A stretch of DNA of 64,000 nt from Amoeboaphelidium protococcarum X5 (lineage: Eukaryota; Fungi; Aphelidiomycota): positions 309,867-373,866 of the forward strand of contig JALDTO010000208.1 of NCBI GenBank assembly GCA_023515725.1, in the 5' to 3' direction. The notes beneath the pieces were generated by a model. It ran no database searches. It saw only the letters and a list, made by a program, of their open reading frames with translations, and was not told where the DNA came from. Shown here piece by piece: positions 53,480 through 64,000 of this stretch. Position 1 is the first letter of the stretch; the number at the start of each line of letters is the position of its first letter. A program made the translations under genes and the position numbers.

Positions 53480-56400
53480 ATGACCAAATTGGTTCAATTG
53501 GAGGTGCATAATTTCAAGTCTTACAAAGGGCATCATGTAGTTGGGCCCTTCGTCAAACCGTTCACCTGCATCATTGGTCCTAATGGAACAGGTAAGTTGA
53601 ATCGATCATAACGCTTGAGCATAATATTGTCAATGTTATTGTTCAGTTTTGTAGGTAAATCTAACCTTATGGATGCTATAGGCTTTGTTCTGGGTGTTAA
53701 TGCTGCTCAATTGAGATCTTCCTAATTGAAAGAGTTGATCTATCGTGGTGGTTCGGACGCTGGTAGTGATGTCGATCAGTGCTATGTTGCTGCCTTGTTT
53801 CAGTTGGACGATGGTTCTCAGATTGAGTTTAAACGTCTCATCAAACCAGATGGTGGTGCAAGTGAATACAAGATATATGGTGTCAGTGTGTCAATGGAAA
53901 AGTATTTGGAAGAGTTGGAGAAGCTGAATATTCTGTCCAAGGCGCGTAACTTTTTAGTGTTTCAAGGCGACGTTGAATCTCTGGCTTCTCAATCCTCCAA
54001 AGATTTGACGAATCTCATCGAGTAAATCAGTGGCTCTATTGAGTATAAGGAGGAATATGAAAGATTGAAGGCTGAGTAAGAGAAGGCCATCGAGGATTCT
54101 ACATTTAATTTTAACAAGAAGCGTGGTATTAATGCCGAAATGAAACAGTACAAGGAGTAGTTGGACGAGGCTAACAGATTCGCAAAGTTGTAGGATGAGA
54201 AGAGTCATCTCTTGAAGCTGTAAATACTGTGGAAACTGTACCATTTGGAGAAAGAGCAAGTTTCATTGAGTAAGCAGATGGCCCAGCAGGCTTCTTTGGT
54301 GAATTAGTAGCAAAAAGCGCGCGCTAAATTGGAGTCTGAACTGCTTGAGGCTAGAAAAGAACACGGTAAATTGCACAAGGAATCTTTAAAGTTGGAAAAG
54401 TCTCTCAACAAAAGATCGTCAGATGTCAATGGAGAATCGTCCAATTAGTTGAAGTTGAAAGAGTAGCTGGTGCACTCTCTGAAGAAACTGAAAACTCTAC
54501 AAGATTCCAAAAGTCAATCTGAAGAGGAGCTCAAGAATCTTAATGCCAACATTGCAGAATTGTAAAAATAGTTAAATTCCGTCATCAAGGCAGCAGATAG
54601 ATTTGAAGAGTCGGCGCGCCGTAATGCAAGAAAGAGTGGAATGAATTTGACTGAGGACTAGTTGCAACAGTATACTCAAATTCGCGAACAAGTCGACTTG
54701 GTGTGTGCCACGGAACTCTAGGAACTGGAGACTCTGTAACTGCAGTTCGATGTTGAGTGCGAACAACAGCAGCAAGTTGATTAACTAGTCCACCAAGCTG
54801 AGTCTCGTCTTGGTGATCTGAGGCATTAACTGAAAATCTGCAGGTAGAAAGTGGAAGATTTAAAAGGAAAGAAGTAGGAGTTTACAGAGGCCTATGCTGA
54901 AAAGACCAATTTGCAGAGAGCCAATGAATAGGAGAGACAGAAGTTGACCCAACAAGAGAAGGAGTTGGAGGAACGTCTGGCTGATGTTTACAACAAATTG
55001 ACTTAGGCAAAGTACGATCAGAAGGAGATGGAAAGGACAGCCAGATTCAAGGATTCCATAAACTCCCTGAAACGAATCTTCCCTGGTGTTAGAGGTCGTC
55101 TGGTTGATCTTGTTCAGCCAACTCATCGCAAATATGAACAGGCAATCACGGTTATTCTTGGTAAGAACGTGGATGCAGTGGTGGTTGATAATTCAGCAAT
55201 AGCCATGGAATGTATTTAGTATCTGAAGGATTAGCGTGTTGGCTTGGCTACTTTTATTCCTTTGGACTCCGTGAAATCTAAGGCTATTGATGAGAAGTTT
55301 CGATCTCTGGGAAAAGGTACCCGTCTGTGTTTCGATGTGTTGAACTTTGACCGGAGTATAGTTAAAGCCATTGAGTATGCGTGTGGAAATACCGTGATTT
55401 GTGATAATTTGGACGTGGCTCGTGATGTGTGCTTCCGCCAAGGTCATGGTGTGAAAGCTGTCACTATTGATGGGTCCATCATCCACAAATCAGGTATGAT
55501 GACTGGCGGTAGTTTACAGTCTTCCGGCAATAAAAGTTCTTTGTGGGAAGAGAAGGAGCTGGAGAATCTGTTCAAGGCTCGCGGTAAGTATGAGTCTGAT
55601 TTGGAAGCTTTGGTAAAGTAAAAGAGAAAGCTGGCTCACGAAGACGACTTGAAAAACTAGATTGTATAGTTGTAAAGCAAGTTGTAGTTGGTCCAAGAAG
55701 ATTTGGCTGTTCATGAGCGCAAGATGGCTGCTCTGATGGATGAAGTGTCTGTGCAAGAGAAGAGTCTTGACGAGAATGTCCGAACTTTGTAACAGCATGA
55801 GTCATCTGTAGCTAAAATCAAAGATCAGATGGAGCGCCTGAATGCAGTTGTCATCTTAAAGGAAGCAGAGTCTTTTCAGTCATTGTGTTAGTCTTTGGGC
55901 ATTGAGAATATAAGAGAGTACGAGGAGAATAACATCAAAGTCAATCGAGATATCGCTGACAAGAGAGTCGAGTTTGAGTCTTAGAAGACAAAGCTTCAGA
56001 GCGAGCTGAGCTTTTCAGAGATTTAGTTGCAGAAATTGAGCTCCAAGCTTGAGAGTACTAATGAGTAGATTGAAAAGGAAAGTACACGTCTTCAAGAACT
56101 GGAGCTTAAAAGTAAAGATTTGCTAGCAGGCAAGAAGGATCGTGAGTAGCTAATTTAAAAGGAGAAGGCGCAATTGTCAGATATGAAAAAGTAGTCTCAA
56201 GCTCTTCTTGATCAGCTAAGTGTTCTAAAGAATGCCATGAATGCCTGCAGCAATGACCTTACTCAAATGCTAAAGGATGTGACGACTTGCGAAACTCGAC
56301 TGGATTCTTTAGCTGCATCAAGATATGATTTGTTGAAGAAGTGCAAACTTGAGGAAATTGATATTCCTCTTCTTAATGGGTCGTTGGAGAACGTGCCGAT

Positions 56401-57253
56401 GGATCTGACTGAGCGCGAAGGATCCAGCGCAATGCTGACGGATTCAATGTCAATTGAACCAGGAATGGAATCTCTACTTTCTAAGCCGTTGTCTACTGAG
56501 TAGTCCGTCGTGTCGATCTAAATTGATTATAGCGCTTTACCTGCAGAGATGAAACAGGATTCAACTGATGATGTTGAATTGAGTGTGCAGGACCGTTTGA
56601 AAGAAATAGGTGTTGAGATTGAAAGAATGGCGCCAAATTTGAAGGCCATTGATCGCATGGATGGAGTTGAGAACAGATTGAAGGAGACTGCAGAAGAATT
56701 TGAATCCTCTAGACGCAAAGCCAAGGAGGTCCGTGATCAATTTCTAGCAGTTCGTCGCAGACGTATCGATCTATTCGTAAAGGCGTTTACTCACATCAGT
56801 GAATGTATTGACACGATATATAAGTAGCTGACCAAGAGCCGCAATCAGATGTCTGGTGGCACTGCTTATCTTACTCTGGAAAATACGGAAGAGCCATACT
56901 TGGATGGTGTCAAGTACCATGCAATGCCTCCAATGAAAAGATTCAGAGATATGGAACAGCTAAGTGGCGGCGAGAAGACCGTGGCCGCACTTGCTCTCCT
57001 ATTTGCCATCCACTCTTATCATCCGGCTCCATTCTTTGTGTTGGATGAAGTCGACGCCGCGCTGGATAATGCCAATGTGTCCAAAGTGGCAAGTTACATT
57101 AAAGGTGCTGCCAATTAAGACTTTCAATTCATAGTCATCTCATTGAAGAATACGTTCTACGAAAAGTCCGAGGCTTTGGTAGGAATATGTCGCGACCAGG
57201 CTGCCAGATCCAGTCAAGTATTCACTCTCGACCTGTCCCAGTACGAAGAATGA
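53480..57253 (+). CDS. SMC1: Cohesin subunit SMC1; one intron (53592-53654) inside Walker A
   Basis: 'NFKSYKG', '[16 protein letters not shown]', '[13 protein letters not shown]', hinge 'FPGVRGRL' and '[10 protein letters not shown]', '[51 protein letters not shown]'. Confidence 0.97.
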
Positions 57254-57600
57254 TTTATGAAAGTTATATTTACTGAAACAAGGCGTTCTGATGTGTTTTA
57301 ATATTGCTCTTTGATTCTCGCGCGCTCGTTTCTCCTCTTGTTCAGCAGTTTCTTCTCTTTCTCGCAGTCTTTTCTATTTTACTGTTTATGGAACCACTTT
57401 AGATTTCAGTAGAGCTCTGTTTATAATTCTGTCTTTCTGTCCTTTTTATTGTCACATAGTATACTTACTTAGTTATAAGACAGTGAAAGGGAAGATTACA
57501 ATGTTTTGGTTTCTGTTTAATGTATTATGTTTCCTTTTAATGGCGTTTCTGGGTGTGGGATACTTGGCACAGAGATAATTAGGACAGATAGCGCGTGGCG

Positions 57601-60600
57601 ATGGATTAATTTGAAGAGAGGGAATCTATCATATTCAACTCTGCTATAGATTTGTCAGCTGAATGTGAGAAAGAAATTGATCACTTGAGTCTGCTTTAGG
57701 ATGACGAGCTATGGATTAAAGTGTAAAATTTGATCAACACTTCTGTAACAAACCCCATGCAACAAATTGTTATAGTAAGATGCTGTGGCCTCCTCTACGC
57801 TCATATTAAAAATCATACTGAAAGATTTCGTGCTTAAAAGACTGTATCGCGCCTGTACTACACTGTATCTAGACATTTGTTAAACTACCTTAAAAACGAT
57901 CAGTATCTAGATAATTTTGACGAAATGGATACCTCGTCCATCATTGGAAAGCTGTTTAGAAAAATGGACTTGTTCTAGTAAGACCCTTTATTACTTAAAT
58001 GCTTTCAGCCAATTACGGAGCGATTGACTAATATCCTGCTTAGTCATTACTCTTCCCCTCAGGTGATCAATGATGTTATTGTTGAAGTTGCCGAGAAGTA
58101 GGCAATTGTTAGTTCCCAATCCAAGAGACTGTAAGCGTTACTCGGTGCTCTATGGAATTCATATCTTCCACTTTCGGATGAAGAATATTTGAGCAAGGCT
58201 GAGATCAATGGTGATATGAACTATTCCTCGTCCGAAGATTAGAAAGACTGGGCTGATCGGTAAAAGTACCTGGACTCTTTATTAAAAAATGTTAAGCGCT
58301 GCAAGTCCACCATCGATGCTCAGCAAGTGATTTACAATCTTCATATAGAGATTGCTCAGATGAAGACTAATTACATCGAAGTATAGAATAAGAAAATGCT
58401 TTCCATAGACGACTTCTACGATAAGTATTATAAGCAGCTGGGAATCACGTTGAATAAATACTTGAAGCGGATCAAAGTGCTGGAAAGTGGCGATAGTAGC
58501 GAGGATATGGACACATCTGGTATGAACTCTGTGGGTGGAAGTCTTTTTGAGTTGAGCTAGTCAGCAGAGGAGAAGGAGTAGTTGAAGAAGGTGCTGATGG
58601 ATTACCATTAGAAGAAGGGCGAGAAATTGTTTTATTTCTTGTAGTTCTTGCAAGAGACTGGTGCTGAGAATAAAGTCAAATTTTGGTTAGAAGCTCAGTC
58701 TGTGCTTGATATGGTCCCCAGTGATGATGTGGAGATGGATGATACGTTATGGAAGGAGGTGAAATCGGCTTATCTCAAGTTGTGTTAATCTTATTTGACT
58801 TCCGGTGGCAATACTGAATCTTCTCCTGGAATTCATTTGTTGCTTCGTTCCGCCACCATTCTTAGGTTGAAGTAGCTGCAGCATAGCATGGAGTAAAGTT
58901 CTTCCAATTTGTCTGATCAACTGGATCTCTCGTCTCTCACAGATGCTTAAAATGAAATAGTTGATGATTTAAATCGAAATGAGTTGTCGCAGTTTATTAA
59001 GAGTGAATACTATATCAAGATGAAGAGTAGTGAGTATGAATATGGTCATAGCGTGTAATTTTCTAGTCCTGTCAGTGGATCATCTATTGATGGGGCGATT
59101 GATGGAGCTGCTGCTCCTAATGACGAGAATACGCCTATACATAAGCAAACTGAAGAGGACATTGAGAAATCTGATATGATCGTCACTCTGCGAAGGCTTA
59201 TGAAGCGCGTTGTTCTAAATCCTGATCTGGAATCTCAGTCTCCCATGACTCCTCTACTCAGCAATCCATCTGCAATGTCACTCGATAACATCAGCGGGAA
59301 GAGAGTTGGACATTAGTGGCGAGCGCCTAGTCTTGACAATTTTCTACCTTCTATTTCATTGCCGCGACCAAAGTTTCTCTCTCCTGGTGTACCGACGCCT
59401 AACTCTGGTATTGCAAAATCTTAAATGCGAGCATCTACTCCTGTGTATGCCGAGTCCTAGTTGTCTAGTGATAGCGATTTGGTGCCAGCTAGCATTAAGA
59501 TTGACGTTTATAACAAATAACTGGCATTGCTTGACTATTTGATGAAAAAAGACATCCAGTAATAAAAATACCAATTCAGAATCAAAGTTTACAAGAGATG
59601 CGCCGAGTTGATTCGGAAGTAGTTGTTGGATCTAACTGAGAGGAAGATGTTGAGAGAACATTCTGACAATCTATTGGATGGACATCAGAGTGATTATGAT
59701 TTCACTAGAAAAGTCAAGTGGTCTGTCGCTGTTACTCCATCTCAGAATGCCAGAGATGGTGTTTACTTTTTGGATGTTGTGCGAACGGATGTCCAGTTGT
59801 AGCTTCCTAAAAGTTGGATTGTGCCAAGAAGATATGGTGATTTTGTGAGTTTGAATTAAGTGTTACGTGAGTAGTATGACGTGCTTACGGACATGTAAGG
59901 AATATCGAAACTGCTTGAGTTGAACAACAAGAATCTCATACCGCGCATTAGATCTGAAGACTTTAATAGGGAGCGATACTTGGCAGTGGTCAAGTATTTG
60001 CAATTTCTTATTGAGGACGAGGCTATCAGTCAGAGTAGGGAATTGAGAGAGTTTCTGAATGAAGGTAAATACCATCGACAAGGTCCATTGGCTAGACGAT
60101 CTGCCAAGTTGGCTAAGCTGTTAGAATCAGACAATAGTACTGGATCTGGTAGCAATTCTGGTTAGCGAAAGAATCCTGCTTAGTAGTTGGCTAGTCTTCT
60201 TGTTGGTCCAAACAGTCCTAAAACTGTTAGTGGTGGTGGTCAGAGTACAGCCGGAGAAAGAGAAAGGCGTCCTCTGTTTGAACATATAACAGCCCTGGCT
60301 GAATCTACTCGCTCTGTATCACCTTTTAAGTAGCTTAATAGGATGATGTCGGGCACTCAATCTAGTACTAAGAATCATCCTCTCGTATCTGCTGGTTTTA
60401 ACTCTTCATCATCTCCTAGTGATAGATTTAGTGCGGTGAGCAGTAGCAGTGAAGAAGGGAGCAGTCAGTTGATTGCAATGTAGATTGATGATTATTCTGA
60501 TACTGATCAGAGTAAACCATCGGGTGGCCAAGAACAGAATTAAGACATGTTGTAATCTCCTTATGAGGAGGATATTGATTTGTCTCCAGGCAAAAATTCT

Positions 60601-61575
60601 TTAAGAGCATTAAGTACTGACAGATTCAGTGAAAGAGCCACATCCGTCGCTTCTGATGAATTGATGCTCGGTTCCATGGATGATCATGGTGGTGGTGGTG
60701 AAGGAAGAATGAGTCCGGATTAAGATGAGTATCGTAACAGAGGACTCTCTGCCGGTGGTAGCTCAGTAGCCAATTCTGTATTCTCTAAGACTTCCTCTCA
60801 TCAGCACAGTGCTAATCTTGACTAGTTGGCTGAGGATCAACTGCCTGGTAGTAATGATTACAGCTATATTAAATTCACGTCCTTGTCGCAGCCAATGTGT
60901 GAGGCGTTGTTGAATATCTTTTAATTTAAGGAGAGTAATGCTTTACTGAGAGAAAGTGCTGCATTGCTATTGTTGAAGCGCGGAGTGTTTGCACATCGCA
61001 GTGTTACCAGCACAGAATTGCACATACAGAAGGCTCTTAATTACGTGATAAGCGAAGATTGTTTGGTGAAGGCTTTTGATTTTTTGACTGAGAAATTGGA
61101 CATGATTTGGCCTAGGAGGCAAGGAAATAGTGATGTATATGGTTAAAATGATGGTTAGAAGCGAGATTAAGCTTAATCTTTGCGCGATAATTAGTTAAAA
61201 GTGTTAGTAGAACCAGCGTACGATGTTGATGATTCCACTTAGATATTTCATGATGAGGAAGAAGATGAACGTTAAAGTAACATAACAACGAACATGGCTA
61301 ATTCAAAATCATTGCTCGGTATAAATGACAACGATTTTGCTAATAGTAATCTGAGATTGAAGCGATCTTCTAGTGAAGATTTACGTGCCAAAATTGATGC
61401 CAGAAATAAGTTGCTCCACCTTTTGCCAGATTCATTTGTCAAGATTCTCGGATGGGAGTAGACGGCCGAGGGATTCAAGAAGATTTTCGAAAAGCTTTAG
61501 TCCAAGGATAATAATCGAAAATTGGTTTTGCTGCTACTTGACTCAATGATTGATGAATTGTAAATACAGGATTGA
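57601..61575 (+). CDS. PXA-RGS-PX-PXC sorting nexin (Mdm1/SNX13/14/25 family); 5' end ambiguous (may extend to 57388)
   Basis: RGS 'FYFLQFLQETGAENKVKFWLEA' and 'LSQFIKSEYY'. PX 'SWIVPRRYGDFVSL' and 'YLQFLIEDEAISQSRELREFL'. Nexin_C 'LLPDSFVKILG...IFEKLQSKDNNRKLVLLLLD'. 1325 codons from the ATG at 57601. Confidence 0.8.
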
Positions 61576-61661
61576 ATTGATTACAAAGACAAAGTCATAC
61601 TCGCAGTACATGTTATTCATCAAAGATGACAGTATAATAATTATGCTTAACTTCACGATAA

Positions 61662-62438
61662 TCATAAATCATCTCTGACTTTGTACATGGGAACTTCTCC
61701 CATCAAGGTTGTTTACTTGCCTTTCGGTTCACAACACTTTCTACCGCTATTAATTGGACCAGGCTTTATCTTTTCACCTTCGCCCTTTCTAAATGCATCA
61801 ATAACCATCTTGGTAGTTTCCGCTGTCAGATCCTCATAATAATTATCATTGACTGCGAATACAGGAGCATTAACACACGCACCAGCACATTCCACCTCAT
61901 TCAGAGTGAACATTCCATCAGCGGTAGTCTCACCCGGCCCTATACCCAATTCCTACTGCAATACATCCAGAATCTATTGAGATCCATTCAACTGACATGG
62001 TGTAGTGGTACACAGCTGAATGTGATACTTTCCAATCGGGGTTCGATTAAACATTGTGTAGAATGAAGCCACCTCGTACACCCTCATCGGAGGAACCTGG
62101 ACAATCTCGGCCACATGGTTCATGGCAGCGAGTGGGAGCCAGCCATCATGTTATCGCTGCGCCAGATCCAGGAGAGGAATAATAGCAGCCTTCTTGTACT
62201 GCGCAGGGTATTTGGCGATGATATCCTGGGCGCGCTTCTTATTATCAGCATTGAACTCAAACTTGACCTCAGCATTATTCTCAGGACTATCTCGATGCAG
62301 AGCGAGAACATCAGAGTACATTCTCACTTAATTAGTACTACGGCTGCTGCTGTTCCCCAGTCTAGTATGAGTAACATTCTACTAAACTATACCGCGCAGT
62401 CCAGATATTGCAATTCTCAACTATGATGGCAAAGGCAT
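61662..62438 (-). CDS. NDUFV2: NADH:ubiquinone oxidoreductase 24 kDa subunit, 258 aa
   Basis: Presequence, then '[14 protein letters not shown]', '[15 protein letters not shown]', '[14 protein letters not shown]', '[10 protein letters not shown]', '[12 protein letters not shown]', 'YYEDLT'. Confidence 0.96.
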
Positions 62439-62661
62439 TTCGTCACCGCTTGATTGTTAATTGATCACAAAAATCCCACAAAAAGAGAGAGAGAGAGAGA
62501 AAAAACGCTTGGGAAGAACAAATGTCGCGCGCTAATTCTGAAGGAAACGCTCTCGCTCTCTCTTCATTGCCAAGTACAAGATCTATTCCATTGAGCTCAT
62601 CAGCTTTTGACTAATCTATTTATTCGGTATCAATCTATAGTCGTTGCAAGAACTAAATAAT

Positions 62662-63066
62662 ATGATCAATTCTATAACTGTGAGGGTGATTAAGAATTTT
62701 GAGTATCAGACATTCAAGACGCTGGTGGTTCACAATGTTGATGAATAATAGCAGGTATAAGCTTTCCGGAAAATGTGCATAGAAGAAATCCAGAAACACA
62801 TCCAGTAGAATAATTAATGGAAAATCATGTTTGGCAATGTAAATCTCTAAAAGTTGAATACTCTAAAGATTTATCACGTTCCTCATAAGAGCAAGACTTC
62901 AAGCCTGATAATTAATATCGGTGATGATGATACTCTCTGTCTCAAAGATGAGACGCGCCCGTTGTCTTTCTATGGGATCGGCACAGACTATGAAGTATCT
63001 CTCTTCAACCGGGAAGAGTACGAGTAGTATCGAGATAATCCCAACAAGTAGAAACGATGGGAATGA
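62662..63066 (+). CDS. UPF0538/DUF2340 ubiquitin-like protein (C2orf76/Aim29 family), 134 aa
   Basis: 'ITVRVIKNFEYQTFKTLV', 'TLKIYHVPHKSKTSSLIIN', 'EVSLFNREEYEQYRDNP', W near the C-terminus. Confidence 0.88.
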
Positions 63067-63083
63067 TTACATTTTGATTATAC

Positions 63084-63125
63084 TTTAGTTGATGTAATAA
63101 AATGTTTTAGTTGATGTAATAAAAT
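63084..63125. repeat. Short tandem direct repeat (2 x TTTAGTTGATGTAATAAAAT) in the 3' flank of the DUF2340 gene
   Basis: A 20-mer at ~63084-63103 and ~63106-63125; each copy contains AATAAA. Confidence 0.75.
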
Positions 63126-64000
63126 TTTTCATTTGATGATAATGTTTTATTTAAAGAATTCTTATTGAACGTTTACCCGCATTAAAAGCACTGTGTTACG
63201 CTGAGGGACAACGCAAAAGAAGACATTAAAATATACTATCCATAAACTAATTGTAGTTTAAAGGAGAAATATTATAACTGACAACGTGGACAATCTATTC
63301 GGCTGTGCACTGGCGTGATCCAATTTGCTCGCCAAACACGATCAACTTATCAGGTAACTGACCATATCCATCTGTTTTTCGAATGATCTACCAAGGCACT
63401 AACTATGGACTCTTTCTGATGACTCTGAATATATTACGCACAATGATTGAGTAATCTCTCGCGTGTCTTTGTTCAATTAAAGTTAAGGCGCTGGCCCGAT
63501 GATTCAGCGCCAATACATTGACTAGTCGTTGCAATGTGCGTTGTTGCCGGTTGATCCTATCAATTTTAAAGTGGCTTTACATTGGCTTTGTCTTGGTAAC
63601 TCCAGAACGCCTCATGTTGGGACATCGTAATCTCTGTCGTTTTGTTCCGTTTGCAAACATCAGTCCACTTTCCCTTCTTTCTTTCTGCCATTGGATTTTG
63701 AAAGTCTTACTACTGTATTAAATCAGATTTTAGCAAGTGTAGTGTTGTATAGTCCAGCTGATTGTTGCTGCTATTGCTCTTGGTAATTGAATCTGTTGTG
63801 AATGTTTTGCATTCAATCTTTCTGGTTAAAAGGTTGTGCGTGTGTTGTTGCAGGACCTTGCTATTTGTCCAGTATGCATAACTTCAAACGGATGCAAGAG
63901 ATATTGAATATCTATCTATAGCTCCTATGATATGAAAGATATATATGTGGCACGACTCAGCTGATAGATGCGGAGCATGAAATTCTGTGGTGTCTAATGT

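Noticed and set aside
63130-63979. Long TGA-free frame on the minus strand at the window end
   Set aside because: No recognisable motif, no nearby stop before the DUF2340 gene, and long spurious ORFs are common when only one stop codon exists.
1-64000. Interpreting the fragmented ORFs as mass pseudogenisation or sequencing error
   Set aside because: Interruptions are TAA/TAG at Gln positions, frames are preserved, and essential genes (SMC1, NDUFV2, ARPC4) are affected equally.
1-64000. tRNA (including suppressor tRNA-Gln), rRNA, CRISPR arrays or transposons
   Set aside because: None recognised by eye; tRNAscan-SE and Infernal would be needed to exclude small RNAs.

Overview
Compact eukaryotic nuclear DNA with about 32 protein-coding genes in 64 kb, short GT-AG introns and frequent head-to-head gene pairs. 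The key to the window is a non-standard genetic code: TAA and TAG encode Gln and TGA is the only stop. The supplied standard-code ORF track therefore shows fragments. Read with translation table 6, the fragments join into intact genes that end in TGA. Gene content mixes fungal-type genes (Sec66, Ams1, Ppm2-JmjC, Rrg9, fungal RRM family) with amoeboid-cytoskeleton genes lost in Dikarya (Nap1/SCAR-WAVE, MyTH4-FERM myosin). Together with the code, this points to an aphelid such as Amoeboaphelidium protococcarum (inference). The most novel-looking elements are a tandem pair of intronless, signal-peptide-bearing atypical kinases with conserved cysteines (candidate secreted effectors), a bacterial/phage-like DUF4313-type gene carrying an intron, a divergent linker-histone-like gene, an apparent TGTAG 3' splice-site consensus and an excess of ACGCGT words. 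All coordinates were derived by hand translation; family calls come from remembered motifs, not from searches.
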